Part shown: one piece after another, positions 19,935 through 32,300 of the stretch
Layout of the letters: each line of letters starts with the position of its first letter
Position numbering within the stretch: position 1 is the first letter of the stretch
Assembly: GCA_025360525.1 (NCBI GenBank)
Contig: JANYCA010000144.1
Coordinates: 12,071-76,070, forward strand
Source of the DNA: Chitinophagaceae bacterium
GTDB lineage: Bacteria; Bacteroidota; Bacteroidia; Chitinophagales; Chitinophagaceae
Reading direction: 5' to 3'
Length of the DNA stretch: 64,000 nucleotides
Notes under the pieces: generated by a model
The model's input: the letters and a program-made list of their open reading frames with translations, nothing else
The model's database searches: none
Told to the model about the DNA's origin: nothing
Translations under genes and position numbers: made by a program

Positions 19935-21728
19935 ATGGCTGCTTCACGAACCATACCAACACTTGCCAATCCCGACCTGTTAACTTTTACCATAAAAGTA
20001 GAAGGTGCGGCGATATCCCGTGAACATCATATTGCAAGTATTTCTGTTCACAAAGAAATTAATAAAATTGCGGCTGCAAGTATAAAAATTTTTGATGGTA
20101 ATCCATCCGAAGAAACTTTTGCAGTAAGCGATCTCGATCTCTTTGTCCCAGGCAAAAATATTGAGATTTTGTTGGGCTATCATTCCCAGAAAGCAACCGT
20201 ATTTAAAGGAATTATTGTAACCCACTCCAATACCATCAGCTCCTCCTCTTCTGAATTATTGATTGAGTGTAAAGATGCCTCAGTAAAAATGACCATCGGC
20301 AGAAACAGTAAGCATTTCAACAATGTAACAGACAGCGATGTGGCAGATGAATTGATTGGCAAATACGTCGGCGTCACTGCAGCCGTAAGTGCAACAACTA
20401 TCCAACATAAAGACCTGATGCAATACGATACCACTGACTGGGATTTTGTTGTTTCCCGGATGGACAGTATTGGTTATATCTGCCTCGTTAGCGATGGTAC
20501 ATTTACCACTAAAAAGCCAGCTTTAAGTGAAGCTGCAAAACTGGATGTTTTGTATGGAGCAACTATTTTAGACTATCATGGGGCAATAGATTCCCGCAAT
20601 CAATATAAAGGCGTACAAGCTAGTTCCTGGAATTTTACTTCACAGGAGTTAACAGAGGTAGATGCGTCAGAGCCATCGTGGACTGAAACTGGTAATATAA
20701 GCAACAGCACACTTGCAGATACCATTGGTTTGGAAAAATTTAAGCTGATACATTCCGGAAAAATTACACAGGAAGAATTACAGGCATGGGCAGATGCAAA
20801 ACTGATGAAAAACAGGCTGGCAAAAATTCGTGGCACCGTAAAATACCAGGGAAATACGGACGTACTTCCCGGTGATTTTATTGGTTTAAATGGCGTAGGC
20901 AACAGGTTTAACGGCAAGGCAATGGTAGCTGCTGTTAACCATAACTGTGCTGAAGGTGTATGGTCAACCGAGGTAAATTTTGGTATGGAGCCTGATTGGT
21001 TTGCCGAAACTGTTGCAGTAAAAAATTCACTTGCACAAAAAGGGCTGATACCTTCTTTGCAGGGCTTGCAGGTAGGCATTGTCACCAGCCTTGAAGACCC
21101 GGATGGAGACAACCGGGTGCAGGTAAAATTGCCTGTAGTAAGTAATAGCGAAGATGGCATATGGGCAAGAGTAGCAACCCTCGATGCTGGTAACAACAGG
21201 GGTACTTTTTTTCTGCCCGAAGTGGGCGATGAGGTAATAGTTGGTTGCATCAACAACGATCCTTCTCATATGGTGATATTAGGAATGATGAACAGCAGTG
21301 CATTGCCTGCACCATTAACCGCAGCCAATGCAAATAACGAAAAAGGTTATGTGAGCAGGGAACAAATAAAAATGATTTTTAATGATGATGAAAAATCATT
21401 CAAACTGGAAACACCGGGCGGCAACAAAATTACCCTGAGCGACCAGGATGGACTAATAAAAATTGAAGACCAGAATGGAAATAAGATCACGATGGAATCG
21501 GCAGGTATTACGATAGAAAGTGCAGCTGATTTAAAATTGAAAGCATCGGGAGATGTAACCATCGATGCCGTAAATATAACAGTAACACCCTCATCAAACT
21601 TTTCATTAAGTGCAGGCGGCGCAGAAATAAAAGCCGGTAGCGGAAGCATTTCGATGAAAGCTCCCACTGCAAAAATAGAAGGCTCTGGTATGACAGAAAT
21701 TAAAGGTGGGCTGGTAAAAATAAATTGA
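19935..21728 (+). CDS. eCIS spike protein (VgrG/Afp8-like)
   Basis: MQYDTTDWDFVVSR, GLQVGIVT..EDPDG..RVQVKLP, FFLPEVGDEV, C-terminal beta-helix repeats. Confidence 0.95.
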   Translation: MAASRTIPTLANPDLLTFTIKVEGAAISREHHIASISVHKEINKIAAASIKIFDGNPSEETFAVSDLDLFVPGKNIEILLGYHSQKATVFKGIIVTHSNTISSSSSELLIECKDASVKMTIGRNSKHFNNVTDSDVADELIGKYVGVTAAVSATTIQHKDLMQYDTTDWDFVVSRMDSIGYICLVSDGTFTTKKPALSEAAKLDVLYGATILDYHGAIDSRNQYKGVQASSWNFTSQELTEVDASEPSWTETGNISNSTLADTIGLEKFKLIHSGKITQEELQAWADAKLMKNRLAKIRGTVKYQGNTDVLPGDFIGLNGVGNRFNGKAMVAAVNHNCAEGVWSTEVNFGMEPDWFAETVAVKNSLAQKGLIPSLQGLQVGIVTSLEDPDGDNRVQVKLPVVSNSEDGIWARVATLDAGNNRGTFFLPEVGDEVIVGCINNDPSHMVILGMMNSSALPAPLTAANANNEKGYVSREQIKMIFNDDEKSFKLETPGGNKITLSDQDGLIKIEDQNGNKITMESAGITIESAADLKLKASGDVTIDAVNITVTPSSNFSLSAGGAEIKAGSGSISMKAPTAKIEGSGMTEIKGGLVKIN

Positions 21729-21802
21729 TTGAACGCAGTTTTTTATTGAGTTGTGCTTTATCACACTCATAAAAAGAGTGTTCATAAAACTAAATAAAAA
21801 TT

Positions 21803-22093
21803 ATGCCTTTTGCAGCAAGAATAACCGACATGCATGTTTGCCCCATGGTAACAGGAGTTGTGCCGCATGTGGGTGGCCCGATATTGCCGCCAGGTGCTCC
21901 AACTGTTTTAATCGGTGGTTTACCTGCAGCATGTGTGGGCGATATGTGTGTATGTGTTGGCCCGCCGGATAGTATTGTTGCCGGATCAGGCACTGTATTA
22001 ATAGGTGGCAAACCTGCAGCAAGAATGGGCGATTCAACGGCTCATGGAGGAACAATTATTTTAGGCTGTCCCACTGTGATCATTGGTGGATGA
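21803..22093 (+). CDS. PAAR spike-tip protein (Afp10-like)
   Basis: FAARITDMHVCP, TVLIGGLPAA, TVLIGGKPAARMGDSTAHGG. Confidence 0.95.
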   Translation: MPFAARITDMHVCPMVTGVVPHVGGPILPPGAPTVLIGGLPAACVGDMCVCVGPPDSIVAGSGTVLIGGKPAARMGDSTAHGGTIILGCPTVIIGG

Positions 22094-22177
22094 TATATAA
22101 AAAACTATTAAGAGCATTCAATAATTATTTGAGCAAATAGGAATTAAAAACTGGTCGAAAATTAAGCAGCACAAAAA

Positions 22178-22594
22178 ATGAAAACGTTCAATTCTTTTTT
22201 GGGAACAGGCTGGGGGTTTCCTCCAACATTTAGTAAAGATACCCTGCAGGTAAGTATGCTGAGTGATGAGGAGGATATACAAAGCAGCCTCGAGATTTTA
22301 TTATCTACCCAGCAGGGAGAAAGAGTAATGCTGCACAAGTACGGCTGCAACCTCAATGAAATGGTTTTTGAACCTATGACCACCACTTTTAAAACCTACA
22401 TAAAAGACATGATTCAAACAGCTATTCTTTATTACGAACCACGGATAGATGTAAAAAAAATAACGTTGGATGACAGCAGGGATGCAGAAGGAGTAATACT
22501 GGTAATGATAGAATACGTAGTAAGGAGCACCAATTCTAGATACAATTTTGTTTATCCTTTTTACAAAAATGAAGGGACACAAGTTAAAAAATAA
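22178..22594 (+). CDS. eCIS baseplate wedge protein, GPW/gp25 family (Afp9-like)
   Basis: FLGTGWGFPP, GERVM..YGC, YEPRI, NSRYNFVYPFY. Confidence 0.95.
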   Translation: MKTFNSFLGTGWGFPPTFSKDTLQVSMLSDEEDIQSSLEILLSTQQGERVMLHKYGCNLNEMVFEPMTTTFKTYIKDMIQTAILYYEPRIDVKKITLDDSRDAEGVILVMIEYVVRSTNSRYNFVYPFYKNEGTQVKK

Positions 22595-25500
22595 TGGCCA
22601 ACACCTGTACCGATACAAATTCAATAAATCGCTCTGGCAGCAGCCAGTTACAAAGGGTAATGTATGCCCTAATGCCGGCCAATGCAAAGGTGGATGAACG
22701 TGATTTTGCAGATCTCATACTGTTTGCAAAAAAGTATGCTGCGTATCTCATTTATTATAAGGAAAACAATGTTGCAGATGGCGATTGGCAGGCATTGATG
22801 TCGATGGATATTTCCGTAACACTAGCTTCCATTTCAAAAACAGCTGCAACTGACTATGCCAATTATCTTAAAATAATATACAACAATATCCAGGATGCAG
22901 CGACTGAACCAGAAAGGAAAAAACATTTTAAAACCATTTTCGATTTCATTTTTTCAGTAGCAATTGAGCTGGATAATTATTACAGGGAAATACCGGCAGA
23001 TTTTGAATTTAAGGAATATTTTTCAAGCACTATCAGCGCTAAATTGCAGGATCCTTTGCTGCGGCTAATTGGTTATTACCAAAAATTTATAACTGATAAT
23101 TATATCGACAATACAGCTTTATTCATACCTTCTGATTCGCCGGTAAAAATCACCCTGGCACAAAACTTTTCACTATTTCAATTAAGCCCCGTTTGGACTT
23201 CGGGCTTATCAATCCCGTTGATTGATTTAAGCGTACCTGCTCCGCTTGATGTAAGCAATTCTATCTACCACATTATCACCCACAACCTGTTTAATGCACA
23301 ACTGGATATTTTCTTTAAAACGCTAAGCAATCTTGTAACACAAGCGGGTAAATTTTTAGATCAAACGTTAACCAATTTTCCAACGCATACACCTCACTAT
23401 GCATTGTTCATTACATTTCTTCACTTATTTAAAAAAGCGCAGGATCAATTAAACCTCTTTGCAGGCAAGCATCTTGACTTTTATTATAAAGATATTTTAC
23501 AGCTAAAAACAAAAGATGCCATACCAGACAGTGTACACCTGGTGATGGAACTTCAAAAAGGAATAAACCAGCATTTGATAAAACAAGGCACCTTATTTAA
23601 AGGTGGAAAAGATACTGATGGAATAGAAATTAATTATGCTGCTGATGAAGAAACGGTTATTAACCAGGCAACAGTAAAAAGCCTGCAAGCTGTTTTTGTT
23701 CAGCCAAATATTAAGGCAGGTAAATCGTTTGAAACAGTGTACGCATCACCAGTAGCAAATTCAGAAGATGGACAGGGAGCAAAACTGCAAAGCGCCAACA
23801 GTGAATGGTTCGCATTTGGAAATCCGGATAAAATTAAAGAAGCTTCTTTGGGATTTTTAATCGCATCACACTACCTCTACCTGAAGGAAGCCACCAGGAC
23901 GATCACCATACAATTTACTTTTGGTGAAACGTTCAGCATTAGTTTGGCAGATTTACTGAACGCATTCAATATTGAATTAACGGGTAAAAAAGGATGGCAT
24001 CCTGTTACTGGTTACACGCCAGTTGTGAACAACACCAGCAAAACCATCTCTTTTACAATGAAATTAGAAGGTGATGCACCACCTATTATTGGCTATACAG
24101 AAAAGATACACAAGGAAGCATACCCAACTGACCTTCCAATTATGCGGTTTATTTTAAAAAATGAACGCAATGTTTTTAATGTTTACAAACAATTAAAATC
24201 CATCCCTCTAAATAAAATAAATATTGATGTATTTGTTGAAGGTGCAAAAGATGTCATCATCCAAAATGATGAAGGCACGCTGGACCCATCCAAACCATTT
24301 ACGCCTTTTGGTACACAACCAAAAGTAGGCTCATCTTTTATTGTAGGCAGCAAAGAAATATTTCAAAAGAAACTGACACAATTAGGCCTTGTAATAGATT
24401 GGGATGATGTACCCGACAGTCTTGCTGATCAGCTGGATGAAGCCTTACATGAGTACGAACGTACATTGAGTTACCTAGATGTAAAGCGCAAGTTTCATAC
24501 GGTAAAAACATTCGTATTAAGCAAAGGAAAATGGCAACTACTCGATTTACAAAAAGGAATATTTATTGAGGATAATTTGTACAACGTAATCTTTAACTGG
24601 ACAAGGCCACAATCAAAATATGCCAACAAAATTTCACAGGCTGATATTGAACATGCCGTTATAAATATTACCCCCGGCGGCATACAGCCTACTGAAAAAA
24701 ATTACGATAAAAACGAAGCCTATTCCAATACCTCAGTTGACGGGTTTATTAAGGTAGATTTAAACTCACCGGATTTTGGCCACAGTGCCTACCCTGCTGC
24801 TTTGCGAAATGCAGCCCAGACTGTAACGGTTGCCGTTACAGGTTCCGGCACTAATATGACGATGAAAGTATCGCCCACTTCTACCCTGCCGAAAGCGCCT
24901 TACACGCCCACTGTAAAAAGCTTTTCAGTAAATTATAAGGCATTGGGAGAAATTGATTTACAATCACCCTCGCTTGCATCATTCGAAGGAAAAGAAGGTA
25001 ACTTTTTTCATTTGTCTTCTTTTGGTTTTGTAGAAATAAATAAATCTACCCAGCCAGTTGTTTCCATGCTCCCTGTCTACGAAAACGAAGGAGAATTGAA
25101 TGTAGGATTTGAGAACCTGCTTCCCTCTTCCACATTAAAAGTATTGTTCCAGGTAGCAGATGGCACATCAAACCCATTAAAAGAAGAAACTACCATTGAC
25201 TGGTACTATTTATTTAATAATAACTGGATACAATTTGAAAAAACAGCGCTGACAGATGCAACAAAAAACTTCACCCAATCTGGTGTGGTAACTTTTATTT
25301 TTTCTGAAAACATTAATACCGGTAATTCATTATTTAATCCGTCTTTATCCTGGATAAAAGCTGTAGTAAAAAAAGATACTGATGCAGTTTGTAAACTCAT
25401 TAATATTCAAGCGCAGGCTATTAAGGCTACATTAAAAGCAGACAAAGAAAAACATATTTATTTTAAGAAAATACTGCCTGCAAACAGCATTAGTAAATTG

Positions 25501-26289
25501 TTGGTTGCAGATGCAGCTGTAAAAAAAATCAGTCAGCCTTACGATTCATTTAATGGCCGGTTAAACGAAGCCGGTGATCAATTTTACACCAGGGTAAGTG
25601 AGCGTCTTCGTCACAAACAGCGGGCCATTACTGCATGGGATTATGAGAAAATAGTGCTGGAACAATTCCCTGCCATTTACAAAGTAAAGTGCATCAACCA
25701 TACCGGGTTAATTTCAGGCCAAACGCCCAACAGCACCAAATACAGCGAAACCGCACCAGGTTATGTAACTGTGGTTGCCATTCCTGATATGCGAAACCTG
25801 TCTTTTAAAAATCCATTGAAACCCTACACCAGCATTGGATTGCTGACAAATATTAAAGACTATCTCTCCAAACTTACTACACCGTTTGTAAAGCTGTATG
25901 TATTAAACCCAAAGTTTGAGGAAGTTCAGTTTCAGTTTGACGTAAAAATTACAACGCCCTTAGATGAATCATTTTACGTAAAACAGTTAAGCCGGGATAT
26001 AGAACAATTTCTTTGCCCCTGGGCTTTCGGAAATGGAAAAGATATTGAGTTTGGTGGCAAAATTTCCAAGTCGGTTGTATTAAATTTTATAGAGGAAAGA
26101 TATTATGTGGATTATGTTATCTGCTTTAAAATGAATCATTTTATTGACAGAGGACTTAGTACCCACAAGGAATTGTATGATGTGGAAGAAGCGGTAACTA
26201 CCACCGGTATTTCAATCCTGGTTTCTTATTACGATGAAGTAACAACAACTCGTCACCTTATTAATGCAGGCGCACCCTGCCCATGCTAA
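22594..26289 (+). CDS. eCIS baseplate J-like protein (Afp11-like), 1231 aa
   Basis: PHYALFITFL, HLDFYYKDIL, FYTRVSERLRHKQRAITAWDYEKIVL, EQFLCPW. Confidence 0.92.
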   Translation: MANTCTDTNSINRSGSSQLQRVMYALMPANAKVDERDFADLILFAKKYAAYLIYYKENNVADGDWQALMSMDISVTLASISKTAATDYANYLKIIYNNIQDAATEPERKKHFKTIFDFIFSVAIELDNYYREIPADFEFKEYFSSTISAKLQDPLLRLIGYYQKFITDNYIDNTALFIPSDSPVKITLAQNFSLFQLSPVWTSGLSIPLIDLSVPAPLDVSNSIYHIITHNLFNAQLDIFFKTLSNLVTQAGKFLDQTLTNFPTHTPHYALFITFLHLFKKAQDQLNLFAGKHLDFYYKDILQLKTKDAIPDSVHLVMELQKGINQHLIKQGTLFKGGKDTDGIEINYAADEETVINQATVKSLQAVFVQPNIKAGKSFETVYASPVANSEDGQGAKLQSANSEWFAFGNPDKIKEASLGFLIASHYLYLKEATRTITIQFTFGETFSISLADLLNAFNIELTGKKGWHPVTGYTPVVNNTSKTISFTMKLEGDAPPIIGYTEKIHKEAYPTDLPIMRFILKNERNVFNVYKQLKSIPLNKINIDVFVEGAKDVIIQNDEGTLDPSKPFTPFGTQPKVGSSFIVGSKEIFQKKLTQLGLVIDWDDVPDSLADQLDEALHEYERTLSYLDVKRKFHTVKTFVLSKGKWQLLDLQKGIFIEDNLYNVIFNWTRPQSKYANKISQADIEHAVINITPGGIQPTEKNYDKNEAYSNTSVDGFIKVDLNSPDFGHSAYPAALRNAAQTVTVAVTGSGTNMTMKVSPTSTLPKAPYTPTVKSFSVNYKALGEIDLQSPSLASFEGKEGNFFHLSSFGFVEINKSTQPVVSMLPVYENEGELNVGFENLLPSSTLKVLFQVADGTSNPLKEETTIDWYYLFNNNWIQFEKTALTDATKNFTQSGVVTFIFSENINTGNSLFNPSLSWIKAVVKKDTDAVCKLINIQAQAIKATLKADKEKHIYFKKILPANSISKLLVADAAVKKISQPYDSFNGRLNEAGDQFYTRVSERLRHKQRAITAWDYEKIVLEQFPAIYKVKCINHTGLISGQTPNSTKYSETAPGYVTVVAIPDMRNLSFKNPLKPYTSIGLLTNIKDYLSKLTTPFVKLYVLNPKFEEVQFQFDVKITTPLDESFYVKQLSRDIEQFLCPWAFGNGKDIEFGGKISKSVVLNFIEERYYVDYVICFKMNHFIDRGLSTHKELYDVEEAVTTTGISILVSYYDEVTTTRHLINAGAPCPC

Positions 26290-29200
26290 TGGAACAACAA
26301 ACCATCATATCAAAAACAAGTAAACTCTCTACTGCAGAAGATTTTGAGCTGTTGAGGAAAACCGGTCGTGATTATATTGAAAGCCTGGGCAGCGACTTAT
26401 GGACAGACTATAACGCACATGATCCCGGCATTACCATATTAGAGGCATTATGCTACGCCATTACAGAATTAGGCTACCGGTGCAATATTGATATTGCAAA
26501 TCAACTAACCGATGCAGATGGAAAAATACCTGCTTCACAAGCGTTTTATACTGCCAAAAATATTCTTACCTGCAGCGCCCTTACCATCAACGATTACCGC
26601 AAACTGCTGGCCGATATTATTGGTGTGCACAATGCCTGGCTATATGCCGATGACAGGGACATTTTTAAAAATGGCCAACAAATTCCCATCAACGAAATAC
26701 CCCTGTATGCAGATTGCAAACATGATCAGTTAACCACTGATACAACGCCCCATCCGCTTTTTTTATCAGGGCTGTACCGGGTACTGCTTGATTTGGATAA
26801 TGATGACCAGTTTGGGGATTTAAACAAAGGTGACATCGAAATTTTTAATCCGGTTTCTACTATTCTAATTGATTCGTTCGCTAAATTTAAAGCAGGCGAT
26901 ATCAGCTTTACGATGGAGCTTCCTTACATCAATGAAGTGGATATTGATTTTGTAACTGCTGCATCCAATATCGACCAAATAACCAAAATAGAAGTAACGC
27001 AACAAGATGCGAAATGGAAATGTACGGTTACTACAGATGCCGTTGCAGCAGCACTAACTTTTATTATTACCGTTAACTTAAAACCATCCGGCAAAAAAAT
27101 TGAACTGGCCGACATGCAGGATTTTATCACGGAAAAATATGTAAGTCAGATTTTTTATCAGTTTGGTAAAAAAATAGAAAAAATAAAATCGATACTGCTG
27201 TCTGTAAAAAAAACACTGCATGCCAACAGAAATTTAGGGGAAGATTTTTTAAAAATAGAAACCATCCGTGATGAGGAAGTAGCCATCTGTTGCGATATAG
27301 ATGTGACGCCTGATACAGATATGGAAGCGGTGCAGGCTGAAGTATTTTACCTGATAGAAAATTACCTGAACCCATCCATCAACTTTTACCTGTTAAAAGA
27401 ATTGATGACAAAAAAAATACCGGTTGATGAAATCTTTCAAGGACCCAGGCTAACTCATGGATTTATTGATACGACCGAATTAGCCGCAACACAATTAAGG
27501 GATGTAATTCGCACATCGGATATTATTAATTTGCTGATGGATATTCAGGGGGTTTTATCAGTAAGAAATTTTATGCTTACAAAATACGATGCCTATGGAA
27601 ACCCGGTACCCGGCCAGGTTGGTTTAAAGTGGTGTATGCACATTATGCCAAGGCATAAACCTGTGTTATCGGTTAACCGCTCCAAGGTGGTATTTTATAA
27701 AAATAATTTCCCGTTAATGGCAACATATTCCGAAATACGGGACTCATTAAAACTAATGAGAGCCAGCAGGGAACGGCCAAAATTAAATGGCCAGCAAGAT
27801 GATTTGCTGATACCATTGGGAACCTATCAACAATTAGATGAATACTGGTCCATACAAAACGACCTGCCCCAAACGTATGGAATAGGACAGGCAGGTCTGC
27901 CACTAACAGCCTTGCCATTGCGTAAAGCACAAGCCAAACAATTAAAGGCATACCTGTTGTTGTACGATCAATTGCTGGCAGATTTTTTCAGTCAATTATC
28001 AAACGCCAAAAATCTGTTTGGGCTCGATGATTTAAAGCAAACTTATTTCTCCCAATACCTTGATACTATACCGAATATTTTACCGGTTTATAAACAAAAC
28101 CCGCCGGGTAATGCATTGCTCAAAGATGTATTCGCTAACCAGGATTCTACCCTTGGCTCTATCAATAAAGAATGGAAAAAATTGGTAGAAACGGATAGCC
28201 TGTTTGAGGATAGGAGGAATCATTTTTTAGATCACCTGCTGGCACGGTTTGCCGAGAGCTTCAACGAATACGTATTGATGATGTTCAGCATCAACTACAA
28301 AAACGGCACTGCCAAATCGATCAAATCAGAAAAACTCATTGGCAATAAAATAAATTTTTTAAAGGAATACCCGGCTATAAGTTATGCAAGAGGCACGGCT
28401 TTCAACTATTATCCACTTACAGCATTAAATGAAATTGATACTGCAAAACTGTGGGATACCGATAATGTTTCAGGCCTGGAAAAAAGAGCATCTAAACTGG
28501 CTGGTATTAAAAACTATTTCAGGCGTTTTTTATCCTGCATAAAAAATATTGAAATAAAAACTATCAAAGAAAAAGAAGTACAGGCGGATAGTACAGAATT
28601 GATTAAGACCTACTACGAATTTGCGTTCCAAAATAGGTTGGGCGATAAACTGATACAGAAAGATAAATATGAATCAAAGGCCGATTTGGAACTGGTTGTA
28701 AAAGAACTAATGGATTTACTAAATGATAAATCAAATTATCTATACGACAGTACTACACACAAAATTGAGGTAATCGGATCGGGTAATAAAGTGCTGGCAG
28801 TTAGTACAGAAAATTATCCGGTTAAAGCAGATGCCGACAAAATAATTAAACAATTTGAAACTGAATTTAAAGATGATTGCGGCGATGATGAAGGCATGCT
28901 GTTGATTGAACACCTGCTGTTACGTCCCCGAGAAAAAAATTATCAATTGATGCAGGTTTGTCTTGATAAGGATTGTGCATTTTGTGGCGAAGAGTACCCC
29001 TACACTTTCCGTGTATCTGTCTTTCTTCCCCACTGGACAAGCCAGTTTAACGACATGAATTTTAGAACCTATTTTGAAAATATGATTCGTGCCGAAGCAC
29101 CTGCTCATATTATGCTGAAAGTTTGCTGGCTTGCTAATGAGCAAATGCGTGAACTGGAAATACTTTACCAACAATGGATAAATGCATTGGCAGCATATAC

Positions 29201-29393
29201 CCATCAACCATTGGATACTGGCAGTAGAACAGCTTTTAAAATTGCAAATGATGCGTTGGTTCTTTTACTGCCAACCTTGCACACGGTATATCCCGAAGCT
29301 ACTTTACATGATTGCGACGAAAGTATTAATACCAACCCGGTAATGCTGGGCAAAACAATATTAGGAACCATAAAACCTACAAAAAATGAATAA
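26283..29393 (+). CDS. eCIS baseplate protein (Afp12-like)
   Basis: WTDYNAHDPGITILEALCYAITELGYR, LHANRNLGEDF, LKAYLLLYDQ, IEHLLLRP, EAPAHI. Confidence 0.9.
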   Translation: MLMEQQTIISKTSKLSTAEDFELLRKTGRDYIESLGSDLWTDYNAHDPGITILEALCYAITELGYRCNIDIANQLTDADGKIPASQAFYTAKNILTCSALTINDYRKLLADIIGVHNAWLYADDRDIFKNGQQIPINEIPLYADCKHDQLTTDTTPHPLFLSGLYRVLLDLDNDDQFGDLNKGDIEIFNPVSTILIDSFAKFKAGDISFTMELPYINEVDIDFVTAASNIDQITKIEVTQQDAKWKCTVTTDAVAAALTFIITVNLKPSGKKIELADMQDFITEKYVSQIFYQFGKKIEKIKSILLSVKKTLHANRNLGEDFLKIETIRDEEVAICCDIDVTPDTDMEAVQAEVFYLIENYLNPSINFYLLKELMTKKIPVDEIFQGPRLTHGFIDTTELAATQLRDVIRTSDIINLLMDIQGVLSVRNFMLTKYDAYGNPVPGQVGLKWCMHIMPRHKPVLSVNRSKVVFYKNNFPLMATYSEIRDSLKLMRASRERPKLNGQQDDLLIPLGTYQQLDEYWSIQNDLPQTYGIGQAGLPLTALPLRKAQAKQLKAYLLLYDQLLADFFSQLSNAKNLFGLDDLKQTYFSQYLDTIPNILPVYKQNPPGNALLKDVFANQDSTLGSINKEWKKLVETDSLFEDRRNHFLDHLLARFAESFNEYVLMMFSINYKNGTAKSIKSEKLIGNKINFLKEYPAISYARGTAFNYYPLTALNEIDTAKLWDTDNVSGLEKRASKLAGIKNYFRRFLSCIKNIEIKTIKEKEVQADSTELIKTYYEFAFQNRLGDKLIQKDKYESKADLELVVKELMDLLNDKSNYLYDSTTHKIEVIGSGNKVLAVSTENYPVKADADKIIKQFETEFKDDCGDDEGMLLIEHLLLRPREKNYQLMQVCLDKDCAFCGEEYPYTFRVSVFLPHWTSQFNDMNFRTYFENMIRAEAPAHIMLKVCWLANEQMRELEILYQQWINALAAYTHQPLDTGSRTAFKIANDALVLLLPTLHTVYPEATLHDCDESINTNPVMLGKTILGTIKPTKNE

Positions 29394-32300
29394 CACAGAT
29401 GCCTACACAATTTTTGAGGCCGACCAGGTTTTAACCAACGACCATCTAAACGAGTTATTTGACTACCTGGATATACAGGAACGATTAACCCGTAATAAGC
29501 TTATTGGCATTGGTATAGTATGTGGTTTGGAAATCAATAACCGCCCTGCCTCTATCAATATTTCCAAAGGCTGTGCTGTTACATCCAAAGGATATCTTGT
29601 TGTATGGGAAGATGCAGATCTAACCCAATACATTCCTTATACTTTACCCGCCAATCCATTGTATAAACCCTTTATAAATGAAGGCACCGGCAAGCAATAC
29701 AGTCTTTGGCGCTTGCTGAGCGATGAGGATGCAAACGCTGTGGAGGCTGATAAATTACCCATCTTAAAACCAGATGGTTTTTTAAAGGATAAAATAGTGG
29801 TACTGTTTTTGGAAGCCAATGAAATTGACCTTAAAAATTGCGATACCCAAAACTGCAATGAAAAAGGCAGGCAGATGGAACTCACTGTTCGGCCTTTATT
29901 AATAGTCCGGGCTGATATGGAAGAAATTATATCCAAACAAAAAAAACTGAGTGGCGAAGATGGGCTAAGCAATAGCTACATCGAAAGACTTGGGCTAAAA
30001 GAAATTGCATTAAAAAGATTTGATGTAAGTGCAACGCCACTATCGGATGCGTTTGATATTTATGATGCCTATTTAAAATGCATGGATGATGCTACCCTTC
30101 AAAATATTGCAGATGCCTACTCACAATGCTACACCATTTTTAAACCCATTTTAAATAATTATACGGGAAACAATCCTTTTAAAACCCTGCAGGCAGATTT
30201 AAAAACCAAACTCGATACAATCAAAAAGTCGTTGCCAATCTATATCCAGTATTACTATGATTTTTTGGATGACCTGGTTAAAGCATACCAGGAATTTAAG
30301 GATAAAAGTTTTGATGTAATTACAGAATGTTGCCCCGATGAAGACCAGTTTCCCATGCACCTGATGTTGGGCGAAGCCACCGTGGATACGCAAGATTACA
30401 TTCGTTCTCCCTTCCGGCAATACTTTATTTCATCACCTCTATTCAATAACCAGGCAGATTTATTAAATGAAGTAAAAACGCTTTTCGACCGTATGGTAAA
30501 CCTGGTAAAAAACTTCTTCATTCCACAGTTCAATCTCAGGCAAACTGTGCCCATCCGCATCACGCCATCTAAGTGGAATAGTGCAGCTTTATCAGCAAGA
30601 TCTATTCCATATTATTACAACATCAATAATGTTGTCCGTTCGTGGAATTGGTTAAAAACAACCAAAGGGAAATCAAATTTTAATTTATCGTACAACGCAG
30701 ATAAATACCTGCCGGCTCCTGCGGACAATATTGTAAACCCAATGCTGTATAGTATTGATCAGTATGATTTTTACCGGATTGAAGGCCACCTGGGTCAGGA
30801 TTTTTCAACAGCCTTAAACATAATTCTTTCAGCAAGAAACAGCAACCGCCTGCCCTTTGATGTAATTGCTTTAAAAGCAGGAACCGATGCTACCAATACC
30901 CCCGTAAAATACGATTGTCATTTTGAAGATCTGGAGGCTCAGTTTAAATTACTCCGTGCAGAGCTTGCCTGTAAAATGCACGAGCCGTTGTGTATTGCCG
31001 CAAAAGTGCCTTCCGGACTTCGGCTCATGAATATACCAATAGACAAGGCCTTTAATTTTTTAGAAACATTTAGCAGTGTGCACAGCCTTGCGTTGCAGGA
31101 TGTAGTAACACAAAAAGACCTGATTATTACCAAATTTGTTCAAACATTCAGGTTTAGCAAAAAAGGCGATTTTTTAAATACCTATTGCCCGGTTGTAGCA
31201 GGAACATTGGGTAATGAATATATGCAGGCCACCAACAAATTCTTTCCCCGGCCCGCCCAAATAGACCTTACTTCTACTTTTGGTGCAAGGGCAGCATTGC
31301 TACACCTGATAGATATTACAGAAACCCTGATGCAGACCATAACAGGCGCCGCTACTATCTATAATTTTAACTATACCAATTTCAACAGAATATATGATGA
31401 CATGATCAGTTACTTTACTGATTTTATGCAAGCCGTGCTGGCTGCAGATGGGCTGGAAAGAAAACTGAGTCCATTTCTGTATGGCATGCTGGAAGCTGTT
31501 GTTACCTGTTGTATTGATGAAAAATTAAATGCCTTTACTGCAGAATATATTAAACGGGTAGAAAAAATTCAAAAGCAAAATCTGTTGTCGGAATATTTGA
31601 TAAATAATCCCGGTATCGATCATAAAGCCGGAGTACCAAGAGGGGGAACTTTTATTTTGGTTTACCATGAAGCTCCGCCCTCCAGAGCTACCCTTACTGC
31701 AGCAGGTAATACGATAAAAGCTTTATCCGGCAGCGCCATAAAAACCACTGCCACTACCACAAAAAAACTGGCAGAAACTACTGCCATTTCAAAAGACAAT
31801 CTTTCCAAAATATTAAAGCTTTTTGATAACAATGAACTTGAGTTAACTAGTGCACAGGCTAGTACATTAAAAGATTTAACGCTAAAAAACTTTGGCGCAG
31901 CATCTATAAAAGATCCCTTTTTTATTGCCGATAAAGTGGTGGTAGCCGATTTTTATTTGCCGTACATATGTTGTTCCGATTGTCCGCCTGTGACTTATGT
32001 TTTCCAGAAACAACAGCAAATATTTTCAATAACCCCAACTATTTTTTGCTCCGATGACGAGAAACCATATGTACTAAAAGCCGATCCTACAATTGATGAT
32101 ATTAATAATATCGAAAACAAGAATGGATTAAAACTCGATAAAGATGCCTCCGGAAAAATTTCATTTACTCCATCAAATCAGGCAATTCAACAAACTACGG
32201 ATTATACACTTATTTACAATGGTATTAGTGTTAGCATTAAAATTGTGTCTATCTTCCAAATAGAATTTAAGCCGGAACCAATTGCAACCGATCCGTTATC